Positions 25,801 to 37,796 of a stretch of 64,000 nucleotides of DNA are shown here, piece by piece; positions within the stretch are counted from its first letter, which is position 1; the number at the start of each line of letters is the position of its first letter. The stretch is from Podospora anserina (lineage: Eukaryota). Made by a program: the position numbers and the translations under genes. The notes below the pieces were generated by a model, which saw only the letters and a list, made by a program, of their open reading frames with translations, searched no databases and was not told the origin of the DNA. The stretch lies in contig CM030338.1 in the NCBI GenBank assembly GCA_017654855.1, positions 186,001 to 250,000 on the forward strand, written 5' to 3'.

Positions 25801-27373
25801 GCCCGAGAAAAAGGAAGAAGTTCTGAATCTGTTGCTCCACAGTGGTTTCGATCCCAAGCACCAAAAGTACATTCAAGACATTGCGTGGGAACTCCAGAAG
25901 CAAAAGTGCGATATCTTGAGCACAAAGCTCAACATCAAGGTGGGCCGATCGGCCTACATCTACATGGTCGTTGACTTTTGGGAAGTCCTGGAGGAGGGGG
26001 AAGTCCATGTCGGCTTCTCTTCCAAGTTCAGGGGCGACGCCGATGACACCTCCTATACCCTTCTCTCCGATTGTGATGTTCTTGTCGCGCGGTCTCCTGC
26101 CCACTTTGCCAGTGACGTGCAAAGGGTGCGAGCTGTCTTCAAACCACAGTTGCACGCCTTGAAGGACGTCATTGTCTTCTCGTCAAAAGGGAACGTTCCA
26201 CTCGCCGAAAAGCTTTCTGGTGGAGACTACGACGGTGACATGGCTTGGGTTTGTTGGGATCCTCTGATCGTGGAAAACTTCGTCAACGCAGTGGTGCCAG
26301 AAGAGCCGGATCTGTCGGCATATTTGGGAAAAGACAAGACCACCTTTTCCGATCTCATGTTGGCGAGGGGTGAACAGAGCCCAGATGCTGCCGTGTACGA
26401 CATGATTGAGAAAAGCTTTCAGTTTTCGATGCAGCCCAACTTTCTGGGCATGTGCACAAACTACAAAGAGAAGCTTTGCTATCACAACAACAGCGTTGGA
26501 GATGAGACTGCCATCTGGCTCGGCGCCCTCGTGGGGAAATTGGTCGACCAAAGCAAACAGGGTATTCTTTTCGACAAAGGCAGCTGGGAGCGTCTGCGAA
26601 AGGAGAAGTTTGGCCCACACAATATGCAGCCTCCAGACCCGGCATACAAAGGCGACCACTGGAGCGGGCAGGACGAACCACGGCACATCATCGACTACCT
26701 CAAGTTTTTCATCGCCAAACCGGCCATTAGTCGTGAAAAGGACGCCCTGAACAAGTTGATCAACTCCCGTGGCACCGACACCCTTGCCAATAGCAACTCA
26801 GTGGCACATTATTGGGATCCATATCTTGTTAGCTACTTCAAAAGCTTTGAAGAGGCAGGCCAGGGTTCCAAGACAATCCGCGGCATACTCCAGTGGCTGA
26901 AGAACGATATTGCGCAATTGGAGAAGGACTGGAAGACAAGCATGGCCAAAGGCAAGGGCCGTAACTCCAAGTTCTCGTACCCAGAAACCGTCACTCAAAT
27001 CTTTGGAGGGTGGAACGTCATCCAACCGCGAACATCCGAGTCGATGCCCCTCAAACTAGACCCTGAGATGGCCTTGCTTTTTGGTGGTAACGGCCCGTAT
27101 GACCCATGGACTGTGCTCAAGGCCAGTGCGACTTTTAAGCAGTGCTACAAAATGGCGCCCAAATTTGCCTGGGCAATGGCTGGTAGACAACTGGCGTATA
27201 TCAAGGCATTGAACTTGGGACCATCTCAAATTCCCCTCGTCCTCACGCCGCTCATGTATGCGGGACTCAATGCAGATGGTAAATTTGTCAAGCAGTTTGT
27301 GGCTCGACTCGAGCATGACGGGACTCAGTATGGCGAGATGGAGGATAGGGATTCGGACTGGGATGAAGACTAG
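22812..27373 (+). CDS. qde-1: RNA-dependent RNA polymerase, QDE-1 type (quelling/RNAi), ~1486 aa
   Basis: Introns 24319-24367 and 25724-25775; MNDGVGRMS, QGRIGSAKGMW, VLVARSPAH and catalytic LSGGDYDGD; long disordered N-terminus. DYDGD and ARSPAH variants are characteristic of the QDE-1 clade. Confidence 0.9.
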
Positions 27374-28423
27374 AAGAGCGCGGGACATAGAGCTGGTTGA
27401 ACGGGCATCTCTTTTCATATTCCACCTGCGGTGTGCTTTTCATTCGGTGCGTTTGCATATTTGCTTGTTCTCGTGGTTGGTTTGTTGTCTAGATACCTCT
27501 TGGGTTTGTTGGTTTAATGATGACATTTCTTAGACACCTCCCCGTGTTCTTTAGGCTAACTCGTTTGTTTGAATTGATGAGAGCCTGGTTCGAGCAAGTC
27601 TTCTTGGTGTCGCCCCCCAAAACGGAAGGCCAAAATCTCCGGCTATAATGTTGCGAAGCTGAGAGCATCGATAGGTTGCAACTTGCCACTCCGGTATCCC
27701 GGCAGAAGGCGTCAATACACCCTTCCCCACTCGGTACGTCTGGGCCTTAAATTGGGGAAAGACGAGGCGACAAACGGCAGATCAAGCACAGTTTCCATGT
27801 AAGGTAGGTGTCCAACATGGTAAGTGCCATGCCTGCGTGCGCGATGCCGCGCTGGTTTCCCAGAAGCGACATGAGCCAGGACAAGCAAAAAGCAGGCCTA
27901 CGGTGAGACGAGAGGGTTTACGCAATGCTTGAGCCACCTGCATCACCTTGGGACTTACCAAGTGGCACATCAGCCACAGAAAATTGCGATGCCGAATTGC
28001 TGTACATTGCAATCAGGTACCGACCACTGACGTTATTGGCTGCTGCTTCAAAGGACATTTTACGACATCCGCCTTCGCTCAACTTTACTCAACTGCCCCA
28101 ATCCATTTACCGGCATCCTTATTACCCTCGACACACAAATAGATTACCTTCACTCCAACTCGGATGTCCAGCCGAGAGGTGGGGTTTCCGTTTGCCCTGA
28201 CCATTTCACCATTTGGAAAAAGTCGTCAGGGGATGCCAAGACCCTCTTTGGTCGTTGTCAATATCGACAATTCGATGTTTGAGGCGAGCTCGGCTGCATC
28301 GTTCCGAGATAAGTGGGGAGGCTGGTGCTCACGAACAAAGTACAAATGAACATACTGTCGCTGGAGGTATTGACAATGAAGCTTTGCTGGCTCTCTACCC
28401 CCTTTGTCTCGTTGGCGGCCAAG

Positions 28424-30407
28424 ATGAAGCTATCATTGGGCTCCTCAAGCAACGGAGGCGGAGGCGCTTCCAGCCTCTTGTCACTTTCTCTTTTGCTGAC
28501 TCTCAACCCACTCACAGCAACTGCTCAAACGGCCCCCCGAGATGGCGCCATCTACGATTACATCGTCGTTGGGAGTGGCCCCGGAGGCGGTGTTGTCGCT
28601 TCAAATCTTGCCAAAGCGGGCTATTCCGTTCTGATCCTCGAAGCTGGTGACGACAGTCCGGGACAAGGCTTCGGTCGTTACACCCCCACCGTTACGTGGG
28701 ATTTCTTCGTGAAGCACTATCCAGAGGGCGATCCAAGAGACAACAAATATAGTCATCTCACCTGGAGGACAAGAGAGGGCAGGTATTGGGTTGGACAGAG
28801 TGGTGCACCGGCTGGCTCTACGCTGCTTGGAGTGTATTATCCGCGCGGTTCCACACTCGGTGGCTCGTCCATGATCAACGCCATGGTCACTTGGCTGCCG
28901 AGTGATAGTGATTGGAACTTTCATGCCAATGTCACAGGGGATGACAGCTGGCGGTGTGTAAATCCATTCCGCCCCTTCCCGTGTTGATGCTGACACAGCC
29001 TTGAACAGAGCCGAGAACATGCACGCCATTTTCAAGAAGATTGAAAAGAACAACTATGCCACCCGTGGAGCTGCCAACGCGGCAAACCATGGCTTCGACG
29101 GCTTTTTCCAGACCAACATGGGTTCCATGACCCAACAGCGCCAGCTCGGCCAGCTCTCGGGCAACCGTGTGATGCAGACATATGCGCAAGACTGGGGCCT
29201 ATCCGGGCAGTCCATGAACAACTTGTTGACTCGTGACCCGAACGAAATCAACCCCAACCGCGATCAGACCTCCTCGATCTACGGTCTCGTCACCCACGCC
29301 TTCTCCAATGGCAACCGATACTCCTCCCGCAACTACATCCAAGACACACAGCGCACTGTCGGCTCCAACCTCACCGTTTCTCTTACCTCCCTCGCGACCA
29401 AGATTCTCTTTGATACAGCCTCCAAATGCGATGGCACTGCGGCCAAGCCCCGCGCCACTGGAGTTGAGTACTTGTTCGGACGCTCTCTGTATAAGGGTGA
29501 CTCGCGCCGCGCTGCCAATGCCCAAGGCACCAAGCGCACTGCTTACGCCCGCCGCGAGGTCATTCTCTCGGGAGGTGCCTTCAACTCCCCTCAGCTCCTC
29601 CAGCTGTCGGGTATTGGAGATGCAGCCCTCCTGAAGCAGTACAGTATTCCTTTGATCAAAGATCTGCCCGGTGTCGGTCAAAACCTCATGGACAATCAAG
29701 AAATGCCCATCGTTGGCACTGGCAGCGCCGGCTCCGGTTTGGCGGAAGTCTCCATGTTTAAGACCAAGCACCCGGCCCACGGGGAGAGAGACATGTTCCT
29801 AATGGGTGGCCAAGGGTTCCTGTTCAGAGGTTTCTGGCCTGATAACCCGGTTCGCACCCCAGCTGAGCCGCGCAGCCCGTACGGTGTCTCCATGGTGAAG
29901 GGATCCTCCCTCAACAACAAGGGCTGGGTCAAGATTAGAAGCTCAGACCCGACCGAGACTCCAGAGATCAACTTTAACCATTTCGCGCCCGGTTCTGAGT
30001 TGGACATGGAGGCCATGAAGGACACTGTCGCTTGGATCAGAACGGTGTACTCCCGTGTAGGTATCACCACCGTGGAGCCACCGTGCAATGCCGGACCAGA
30101 TGCGAATGGATACTGCGGGAAGGAGGATGAAAACTGGATTCATGAGCGGACCTTTGGGCACCACCCTACTTCTACCAATAGAATCGGGGCGGACAATGAC
30201 CCGCTGGCGGTGCTGGACAGCAAGTTTAGGGTTAGAGGGGTGAGTGGGTTGAGAGTGGTGGATGCAAGCGCTTTTGCGCGGATCCCGGGGGTCTTCCCTG
30301 CTGTGTCGACGTTCATGATCAGCCAGAAGGCGAGTGACGATATGTTGGCCGAGTTGAAGGATGGGCAGGCGGTCAAGGTCTGCGTGAACGGCGTGTTGAT
30401 TTCATGA
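28424..30407 (+). CDS. Secreted GMC oxidoreductase (AA3-like), 2 exons
   Basis: YDYIVVGSGPGG FAD motif, LGGSSMINAM, GAFNSPQLLQLSGIG, PGVGQNL, HH active-site motif, GLRVVDAS; start could alternatively be ATG 28376. Confidence 0.92.
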
Positions 30408-30568
30408 AGAGGAGATGAGAGTACGCTAGGCTTCAGGTAATCCAAGTACCTAGTGCAATCCATTTGTGGTTTGTTTACTTGCATGTAATTGAAAAGGGGA
30501 AAAGGCCAAACCATCATCACGTCGACCATAGGTGTTGGTTTCAATTCCACAAGCCATCAAACATGTTA

Positions 30569-30659
30569 GGCCGTGTGGTGTAGTGGTAGCATACTTGCTT
30601 TGGGAATAAACTCCCACAGCTGTTGCAAGTGGTCCCAGGTTCGAGCCCTGGCTCGGCCC
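30569..30659 (+). tRNA. tRNA-Pro (TGG), intron-containing
   Basis: GGCCGTG/CTCGGCC acceptor stem, CTTGC/GCAAG anticodon stem with TT-TGG-G loop and intron, T arm CCAGG-TTCGAGC-CCTGG. Confidence 0.95.
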
Positions 30660-31139
30660 CATATTTTGCTTGTAAAATGTGTTGATTGATCAACACATTT
30701 TCTTTTTCACGGGTCAGATTCCCAAGTTCTATGCGCGAAGTTCATGACGTTGAGATTAAACTGGAATGTAGACGAGGCAGGGTGACTTTTGAAACGTCTC
30801 GGCTTGGCTGGGAATTCCAGAGCGCGCTCATGGCTGGGAAGACTTTGTATGCCCAGCCCCTGTCTCAGAATCCCCATGGCATGAGAAGCAACGCCGGCCT
30901 CAGTTATAGCATTGTAAACCAAGTTTATGATGATGCGTATCCAGATTCCATATGCTCCCTTCCACTTATGTTTCCACTGCTCTGCCTAGTTTTGGCCTTT
31001 AAAAGCCCCTGCTCTCTCTCCAGTCCCGTCTCATGGCATTGTCGTTTTCCCACAACAGTGTTCGAAGCGACATCTACGGCAATTGTACCGAACCTATTTT
31101 GCCAAATCTTCCAAGACTTGATACAGTAAGGTCGTCAAT

Positions 31140-31586
31140 ATGTACACATCTACATTGACAAGCTACCTCGGTGCTGTGGTCTTGCTACTTTCTAGTCCAG
31201 CTCTTGGTCTTCCACGACCCATCGCCTATTATGGACACTATCTGCGACACCCTGACGAGTTCAAGCGGGCCATGGTACCTCTTCAAGTTCGAGAACAACC
31301 AACGACACTTTCAACAGAAGCCCCGCAAGCCATCATTGCTGTGCCGTCAGCCACAACGAGAGCCTCAACCATATTTTCGGTAGGCCTCCGTGACATCGAA
31401 GAGCCAACAGAGCCTACCACCACTACCACTATTACAATAATGACGACGAGGACCCAGACGCAGACAATCGACATCAAATCCACGATGACAAGAACTGTTT
31501 TTGGTGGATTCCCACATACTACGGGAGAGAGCTTAAACGTGGTCTGGATCAATGGGAATGGACAAGTGGGTTACTTTGAGGGCTGA
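31140..31586 (+). CDS. Small secreted Thr-rich hypothetical protein
   Basis: 148 aa; hydrophobic signal peptide ending ALG/LP, a KR site and a Thr-rich tract. Confidence 0.6.
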   Translation: MYTSTLTSYLGAVVLLLSSPALGLPRPIAYYGHYLRHPDEFKRAMVPLQVREQPTTLSTEAPQAIIAVPSATTRASTIFSVGLRDIEEPTEPTTTTTITIMTTRTQTQTIDIKSTMTRTVFGGFPHTTGESLNVVWINGNGQVGYFEG

Positions 31587-32101
31587 GAAACATATAAAGG
31601 GCTTTGCTTGAAGGGGTACTTGAGGTGCTATTATGCATCTAGCCATGTTGTATATGTAACGATAAGGTAGCATAGAAACACTGCGACAAGCGAATAGATT
31701 TGTAGTACCTTATTATGATCTATGTTGTAGTAGACATTTATCTAGCATACCTAAATGAAATTCAAACCAATGCAAAATGACTTTCTGTGAAATCAGATGT
31801 AGTGATAACACATGAAGATCCAGTCGGATTTTGGCGAGCTCAAGTAGCATGTGCCACGAGCACACAACCAGTCTCTCATGCCCATCGTCCTCCGGGTTCC
31901 CATCCTAAATCCATTCAATGAGGGCCAGTCCGAGCACAGCACGCAGCTGTATATTCTCGCCGAAAATCCTTGGGCAGACGGGGATCTCATATGGCGGACC
32001 TGCTTCGAGCCGTCACGGACTTGGTGATAGGAATACCCAGGATCCGAGGTCATCCTCTATTGCCACTGCACATGTTTCGCTGAATAGTAGTGCGTTGTCT
32101 C

Positions 32102-33172
32102 TTAAAAACCCAACTCAACTCTGCCTAGAAATTCCCATTCCTCATCCTTTCCGCCGCCTCTTTCACTGATGTCATGGACATCTTCCAGCAGCGGGGCTTC
32201 TCGCATATGCGCATCATCAACGCCGAGGGCCCATCCAGCGGTAGCCAATGAGTCACGTTGTTGACTGATGTTTTCTTGTTCCTTGCCGGTTGATCGTCCC
32301 CTGAAGCCGAACCGCAATCTGTTTTGCGACAACCCAACCAACTCTCGCTCATGCAGTGACGCCATGTTTGTCTCCTCTCCTTCCAAACTCTGAACCATCT
32401 GTGGCCAGCAAATCTCACCCCGCACCGCAGCTTTGTACCTTTGTTTGTCGTACAGAGCCTGTTCATACCCAACAGCCCTGATCTTATCGCCAAGATCATA
32501 TTCCTCTCCAACACTCAGACTCATCTCAGGAGCAGGAGCACCCCCAAAGCCACGACCCATCCTCATCATCATCTCCCTCCTTCTCTTGGAAGTTTCCTCA
32601 TCCCGAAAGGCATCCTCCCTCTCCAAACTCGGGGGTCTCCTTTGCAGCTGTCGTCTTTCTGATCGCTCCCTCTCCCTCTCATAGGGAAGTTGAACAGCTG
32701 CACATTCCTGGTCCTCCAATGCATATTCCGCCAGCCGGTTCCAGTGTCCTTGTTGGTCCTTTCTTCTCCTTTTGACCAGATCACACTTTGCCCATGTCCT
32801 AGCAAAGGGTTCGATGCCCGCTCTTTTTGGCCCGATGGCCTTGTTGCTGGCAATAGCGCGAACCTGATGAGGCTTGATGCGAAGGGGAGCTTGCTTGGAG
32901 GGGTCGTGGTGGGACCAGTAGTAGTTGCCGGACCAGAGCCAGTGCTCATGGGCTTTTTGGTGAATTGTGTGGAGGCGTCGGGTGGACCATTTGAAGGGGT
33001 GGTGAGGATGTTTGGCCTTTGGGTGACGGCTATGTTGGGAAAAGTATTGTTCGTTACTTGGGTTAGTCTCGCTGAATTCGAGATCGGATGTTGGATCGCC
33101 GAGGCCTTTCCCCCCAAATTGGGGAGGAAGAGATGGGGGGAGGTAAGTGGAAGAGTGAAAACAAAGCCCCAT
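32102..33172 (-). CDS. Hypothetical protein (~356 aa)
   Basis: Long open frame from ATG 33172 (MGLCFHSS, possible acylation-type N-terminus); no domain recognised. Confidence 0.6.
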   Translation of the reverse strand: MGLCFHSSTYLPPSLPPQFGGKGLGDPTSDLEFSETNPSNEQYFSQHSRHPKAKHPHHPFKWSTRRLHTIHQKAHEHWLWSGNYYWSHHDPSKQAPLRIKPHQVRAIASNKAIGPKRAGIEPFARTWAKCDLVKRRRKDQQGHWNRLAEYALEDQECAAVQLPYERERERSERRQLQRRPPSLEREDAFRDEETSKRRREMMMRMGRGFGGAPAPEMSLSVGEEYDLGDKIRAVGYEQALYDKQRYKAAVRGEICWPQMVQSLEGEETNMASLHERELVGLSQNRLRFGFRGRSTGKEQENISQQRDSLATAGWALGVDDAHMREAPLLEDVHDISERGGGKDEEWEFLGRVELGF

Positions 33173-34378
33173 GTTTGAGCGCAGTGACTTGGTATTTATC
33201 TGAAAAGCAAGATGCGGCCTGAAATCTGTCCTCGGATGCAGATCAACAATTAGCAAGTGAGGAATTCACCGAAGACACGAATTGTACACAGCAAGGCGTG
33301 AAACAAAGGGGAGTAGAAGAGACTAGAAGATACCAATGCTCGACTTTGGCAGGGGACCTATTATACCGCTTTGACATTAAAGGCGTCGCTGTCATGGCCT
33401 CACAGGGTATATGATTGGTTTCAATCAAAATCGGTCAGAGTCACCGGGGTTTGCATCAGATTCAGTGGGTTGATATTCAATGTTATTGGCGGAGTAAGGG
33501 GAGGCAAGTGACTCACGGGGTGGTTTTGGCTGTCATGGGGGTATTGCTACCTGCTAGGCATTCGTGGGAACCCCACGGCACAAGCAGGCAGAGGGCGGCG
33601 CCATGAGAGACCCCCTGTCAGTTGAAAACAGGGCGGAATCGATGTCAGTGGAAGAGTGTTGTTGGGATTAACAGTGAAAATAAGCGCGACGATGAACACA
33701 CCTATGAGGGCTTTTTTGAGTACCCAGGTACATCAAGTGGGCAAAAAACGGAAAGAACAGGTTACTTGCCATTGCCCCCCCCCGGTGTTCCCTCTGTTTT
33801 CAAGCCTGTAAGATGTCAAAATAAGGCTTGCTCCGGCGGCCCTCGCTAAGAGATGACACTTGGCGCGCCAACTTCTCTAATAGGCCTCCCGAATTGATGA
33901 GCACCGGGCTTGATTTGAGGACAGCCTCATGCCTGCCTACTTTTCAGGGGAGCCTAAAATGTGATTTTGTGTCTTTCTTCAATAAAATAACAGCTAGAAA
34001 CACAGCATTTGTTCTAAGACTTGCGGAAGGCAAGGCTGCCTACCATGCAAGTAGGTAGTTAGGTATGCATCATCTGTTCATGAATGTTCTCGGGGAGACC
34101 GAAACACAAATTTTTCCCACAGCTGTCTTCCATAGGGCAATAATAAACTGAAACTGACTGCAGACACACAAAATGATAAGAGAAGGAAAGGATGAGCTCG
34201 GGACTTTTCCACGTGAAATTACCGGAAACGGGGAGCTAGTGTGTGGTGTCACCTGCCGTATTATAGGTAAACATATAGGAGCCTGTACATATATGCCCCA
34301 TTTGCCCTTCAGTAAGTCCATCATTACCATCACTGGCCTTCTCCCCAGTTCAAACTGAGCTGATTCTTCAAACCGACC

Positions 34379-35121
34379 ATGGCGCGTGCAACTTGGGCCA
34401 ACAGCCTTGTGGTGTTCTTCCCATCATTCACTCACCATGCCTTTGCCCTTTGGCCCCTGGACTCACTGACAGAAAGATTCACTGGCCTGGATTTTTCTCG
34501 ACACGGGAGCCAGTGGTGGGCTGAATGATATGCCCAGTGCTTCCTATACTATGGCCCAGAGATCATGGGGCATGTTCCCAAGCCTTGCTACGATACTGCG
34601 GTCGCAAATAGCTACTGCGATCCTCACGACATTGACGTGTGGGATGTCACGTACATTGATGTACGACTCTCTTCCCGCTCTGAACTCCAAACCAGCATTT
34701 CTAGAATATAAGACTGAACTTCTGGAAAAGGTGCAAGGTTTCGAAACTCTTTTGCCAATGCATCTCTTCTCCAACGACTATCGAGATCCTGGCCACTGAC
34801 TTCGGGTACCATTCCAACCTCGCTCCCTCGGCAGGTCACGATGAGAATGAGTGCTGATCACTGAAACACAGCAAGGTTCCCGTCAAGGCTCGTCAGTGGA
34901 TCGATACAGTGTCAAGCTACCCGGGCCCCAAGGCTGCTCAGCCTGGAACGGCGGAGATCACCTTGACTTCTTTTCGGAGATTGCGCCGCAAAGTTACCTT
35001 ATCTGTATGGTTCCACGAAGTCGCTCACAGCTTGGATTGCTGGACCACACCTCGCCCTGCCAAACTGCCCGAAACCTTTTGTTACAGGGACGCCCTGACG
35101 ACTCTGATGCATGGAGGATGA
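34379..35121 (+). pseudogene. Degenerate relic of a secreted HExxH protein resembling the conidiation-specific protein 13 (Con-13) family
   Basis: Signal peptide, TGA at 34526, then GHVPKPCYD..CDPHDIDVWDVTYID / CKVSKLFC..SPTTIEILATDFG / KVPVKARQWI..VWFHEVAHSLD across two intron-like gaps; family match from recalled consensus. Confidence 0.6.
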
Positions 35122-36144
35122 GGAAGGGGAGAGAATCGACGCCTAAGTTGAGGGCTGAGGAGCGAGTTAGGTTGAGAGGGAGCAACACAAAGTCTAGGGT
35201 TCAAAGAAGATTAAGCTCGTGATTGTTCATGTACCTATCGGTGAATCATTCCATCTGACCCATAGCCCGCATCTCAGCATAACCCTCTACAAATGTGAAT
35301 CGATACATTTAGGTATCCAGCACGGTCCAGGTCTCTGCCATTTATGTCCTCAAATTTCCAACATCTGGTGGAACCCAGCGCCCACTCGCACGTACTTTGG
35401 GCTACGATTCTCCTTTGTCGAGCTGCACATTCGGAAATGTTGACTTTGTTGCCCGTGCAGAACGGCTTTTGCGGATACATCTTCCTGATAGGCAGATGCT
35501 GGCAATGCATATGATGAAAAATACACCGGGAGAGACAGAGATGGCAATTGTCTGCTTCGTGGAAAGAGAACCACCTTGCCCTGATCCAACCCGGCGTGGT
35601 TGCAATGAAAGGCGTGACCACAAAGGCCAACATGTTGTAAGCCGTTGCGTACCTAGGTAGCCAAGAAGCAGGGCACTTGTGTAAGGCAGGATGCCAGGCA
35701 GTTTCCCCTGTTGTCACACGATATCCATCGGCTTTGAAAGTTAACATTTCTGATTGTTCTCAACCTGGAACGAATGCACCATAAATCCTAGAATCCGAAG
35801 AGTGGGCAAAATAATTCGGCACACCCATCAGAAAATGTCTCGCAATGCACCGCGGCTTATGTCCAGTGCTCAAAGTGGAATAACGTTAATCAGACAGTCG
35901 CCGTTCCGGGTTACACGCAGGATAAGACGCAGAGAGCAAGGGGTACACTAGGATTCTGGTCGGTCACATACCCACATAACTACTACCTAGTATGTCGTGT
36001 TGGTCCCTGATACAGTGGTGCTCAACGTAAGCGGGAACTCGGAGTGTAACATAAATGGCCCATATCATGACATTTTCCTTGAACACCTTACTCAAGTTCT
36101 ACAGAACCAACTGCCAACAACACAATATGTTGGACCTTAGCGTG

Positions 36145-36246
36145 CTGTATAGGCCCAACAAATACTACCTCGAGATCCTGTATAGGCCCAACAAATACTA
36201 CCTCGAGATCCTGTATAGGCCCAAAAAATACTACCTCGAGATCCTG
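36145..36246. repeat. 33-bp tandem repeat x3
   Basis: ctgtataggcccaacaaatactacctcgagatc twice exactly; third copy has one c>a change. Confidence 0.95.
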
Positions 36247-36472
36247 ACAGTGGCAGCATCCACTTATCTAGGACACCGCCGGAGTGAGCCGCGATTAAGC
36301 TGGAAATGGGCGCGGTGGAAGAATGAAGAGAAAAAAGCTATAAGAACCACGATTGTTACCTTTCGTAAGTTGGAAGAGACAGAGCATCAGGATCTTCCAT
36401 AGAGTCCCCCAGAGCCCCAAAACCGACAACTTACACCTCGTTACCTCCGCTGAGCCTTTGGAAGTCGTCAAG

Positions 36473-37078
36473 ATGAAGCTCTCCAGCAGCGTTTTCTCCC
36501 TGGGCATGGCCGGTCTCGCCGTCGCCACTCCGTATGTTGCAACACTGTCCAGGACCTTCAGAGACCCTCACAATCCTGTGGGACACATCAATGTACCTTA
36601 CTGACATCCTTCTGATTGCCCCTCCAGGGTCCCCGTGCACCTCGACATCCGCGCCGATAAGTGTACGTCAAGTTACTCCCGAGACACAATGAATAGGTTA
36701 GAGCTCAAGACTGACATTTGTTGGACAGACTGGTACATGAACGGCTGGGGCAATCCCAACTGCCAGGGTTCCTTCTTGTGGGCCTACCAGGGGAACGGCA
36801 ACGCATGTGTCAATGTCCCGGCGATGGCGGCGTCGGTCAGCTTCGGCATCTCCCCTGGTGTGGCGGAGCTTGGACTGGTAAACTTACCAACCTGTGGACT
36901 CGCGCGCTCCGCTCTCGTCGCCGGAACCCCCGACGCTACAACCAGCGACTTCAGTCCCACTGTGCAGCTGATCGAGGTCAACGGTGATGGCGACAGCGGC
37001 CTCGAAAAGCGACAAGTCCACACCAGTTGCAACAACAGCAAGGAAGGGGTTTGGGCTTTCCGAATCAGATGGGTTTGA
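36473..37078 (+). CDS. Small secreted six-cysteine protein with internal Kex2-type site (2 exons)
   Basis: Signal peptide MKLSSSVFSLGMAGLAVA; intron 36532-36627 (GTATGT...CTGAC...CAG) joins in frame to ORF 36635-37078; LEKR precedes a 21-aa C-terminal peptide. Confidence 0.8.
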
Positions 37079-37796
37079 TCGGGTAGACGAGGAGTGTTAC
37101 GTAAAGAATTTTTCGGTCATGGAATCATGAGGAAATTATCGAGGGTAGTTGCATTGACCCGATCTCGGTCCGTTGCCTGGTAGACGGTTGTGCTGATAGG
37201 ATGCGATGAACAAAGAGACCTATTTTACAGGAATTACAACTCATGTCATAAATACCTAAGCAGTCATTACCCTGGGGAGCCAGATTTTAACAGGACGTGG
37301 GCCGCTTTGAATGGAGCTGTTCTTGACATTACGGTTCATTTGGCTTCTCGCACTTTCCAGTATGAGATGTTGGGTCCTGTCGTCCTCCAAACATGAACAC
37401 CTATGCTACATCATTGGCGCCTACCGCACCTAGAGGCTTTCCTCAGAATATCCAATCACCTTATCTATACCGCGCTTCGGCACATTTCCTGTCTGCATGC
37501 TGCCGTGTCCAGCGGGCCTCACCTGCGTGATTGTGAGGTTGTTGATACAGGGCAACATCACGTCTGGTCTTGGCAGTAGGCCTCTCTGCCGCCGTCTGGT
37601 GTCATCATTGGACAGCTGCTGTGAAGTGTGCACTTCCAAAGTACCACAGAGTATGAGATTTACGCCTACCATTGGGATGATTTTGGCATAAAAGGGGGGT
37701 TCCCATCATCGTTAAGATTCATTGCACCGGGCAGTTTGCGTTCAACTTTCCTCCTTCAAGAGACATCGGCTTCGAATCCACTCAACAAAAGCGAAC

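Noticed and set aside
30569..30659. U-U mismatch in the tRNA-Pro acceptor stem, and intron bases complementary to the anticodon in all three tRNAs
   Set aside because: Both are ordinary features of fungal intron-containing tRNA genes, not signs of pseudogenes or novelty
36055..36402. 115-aa ORF with LYRPNKYYLEI x3, and a possible CRISPR-like array
   Set aside because: The peptide repeat is a by-product of a 33-bp head-to-tail DNA repeat; there are no spacers, no cas genes, and the DNA is eukaryotic
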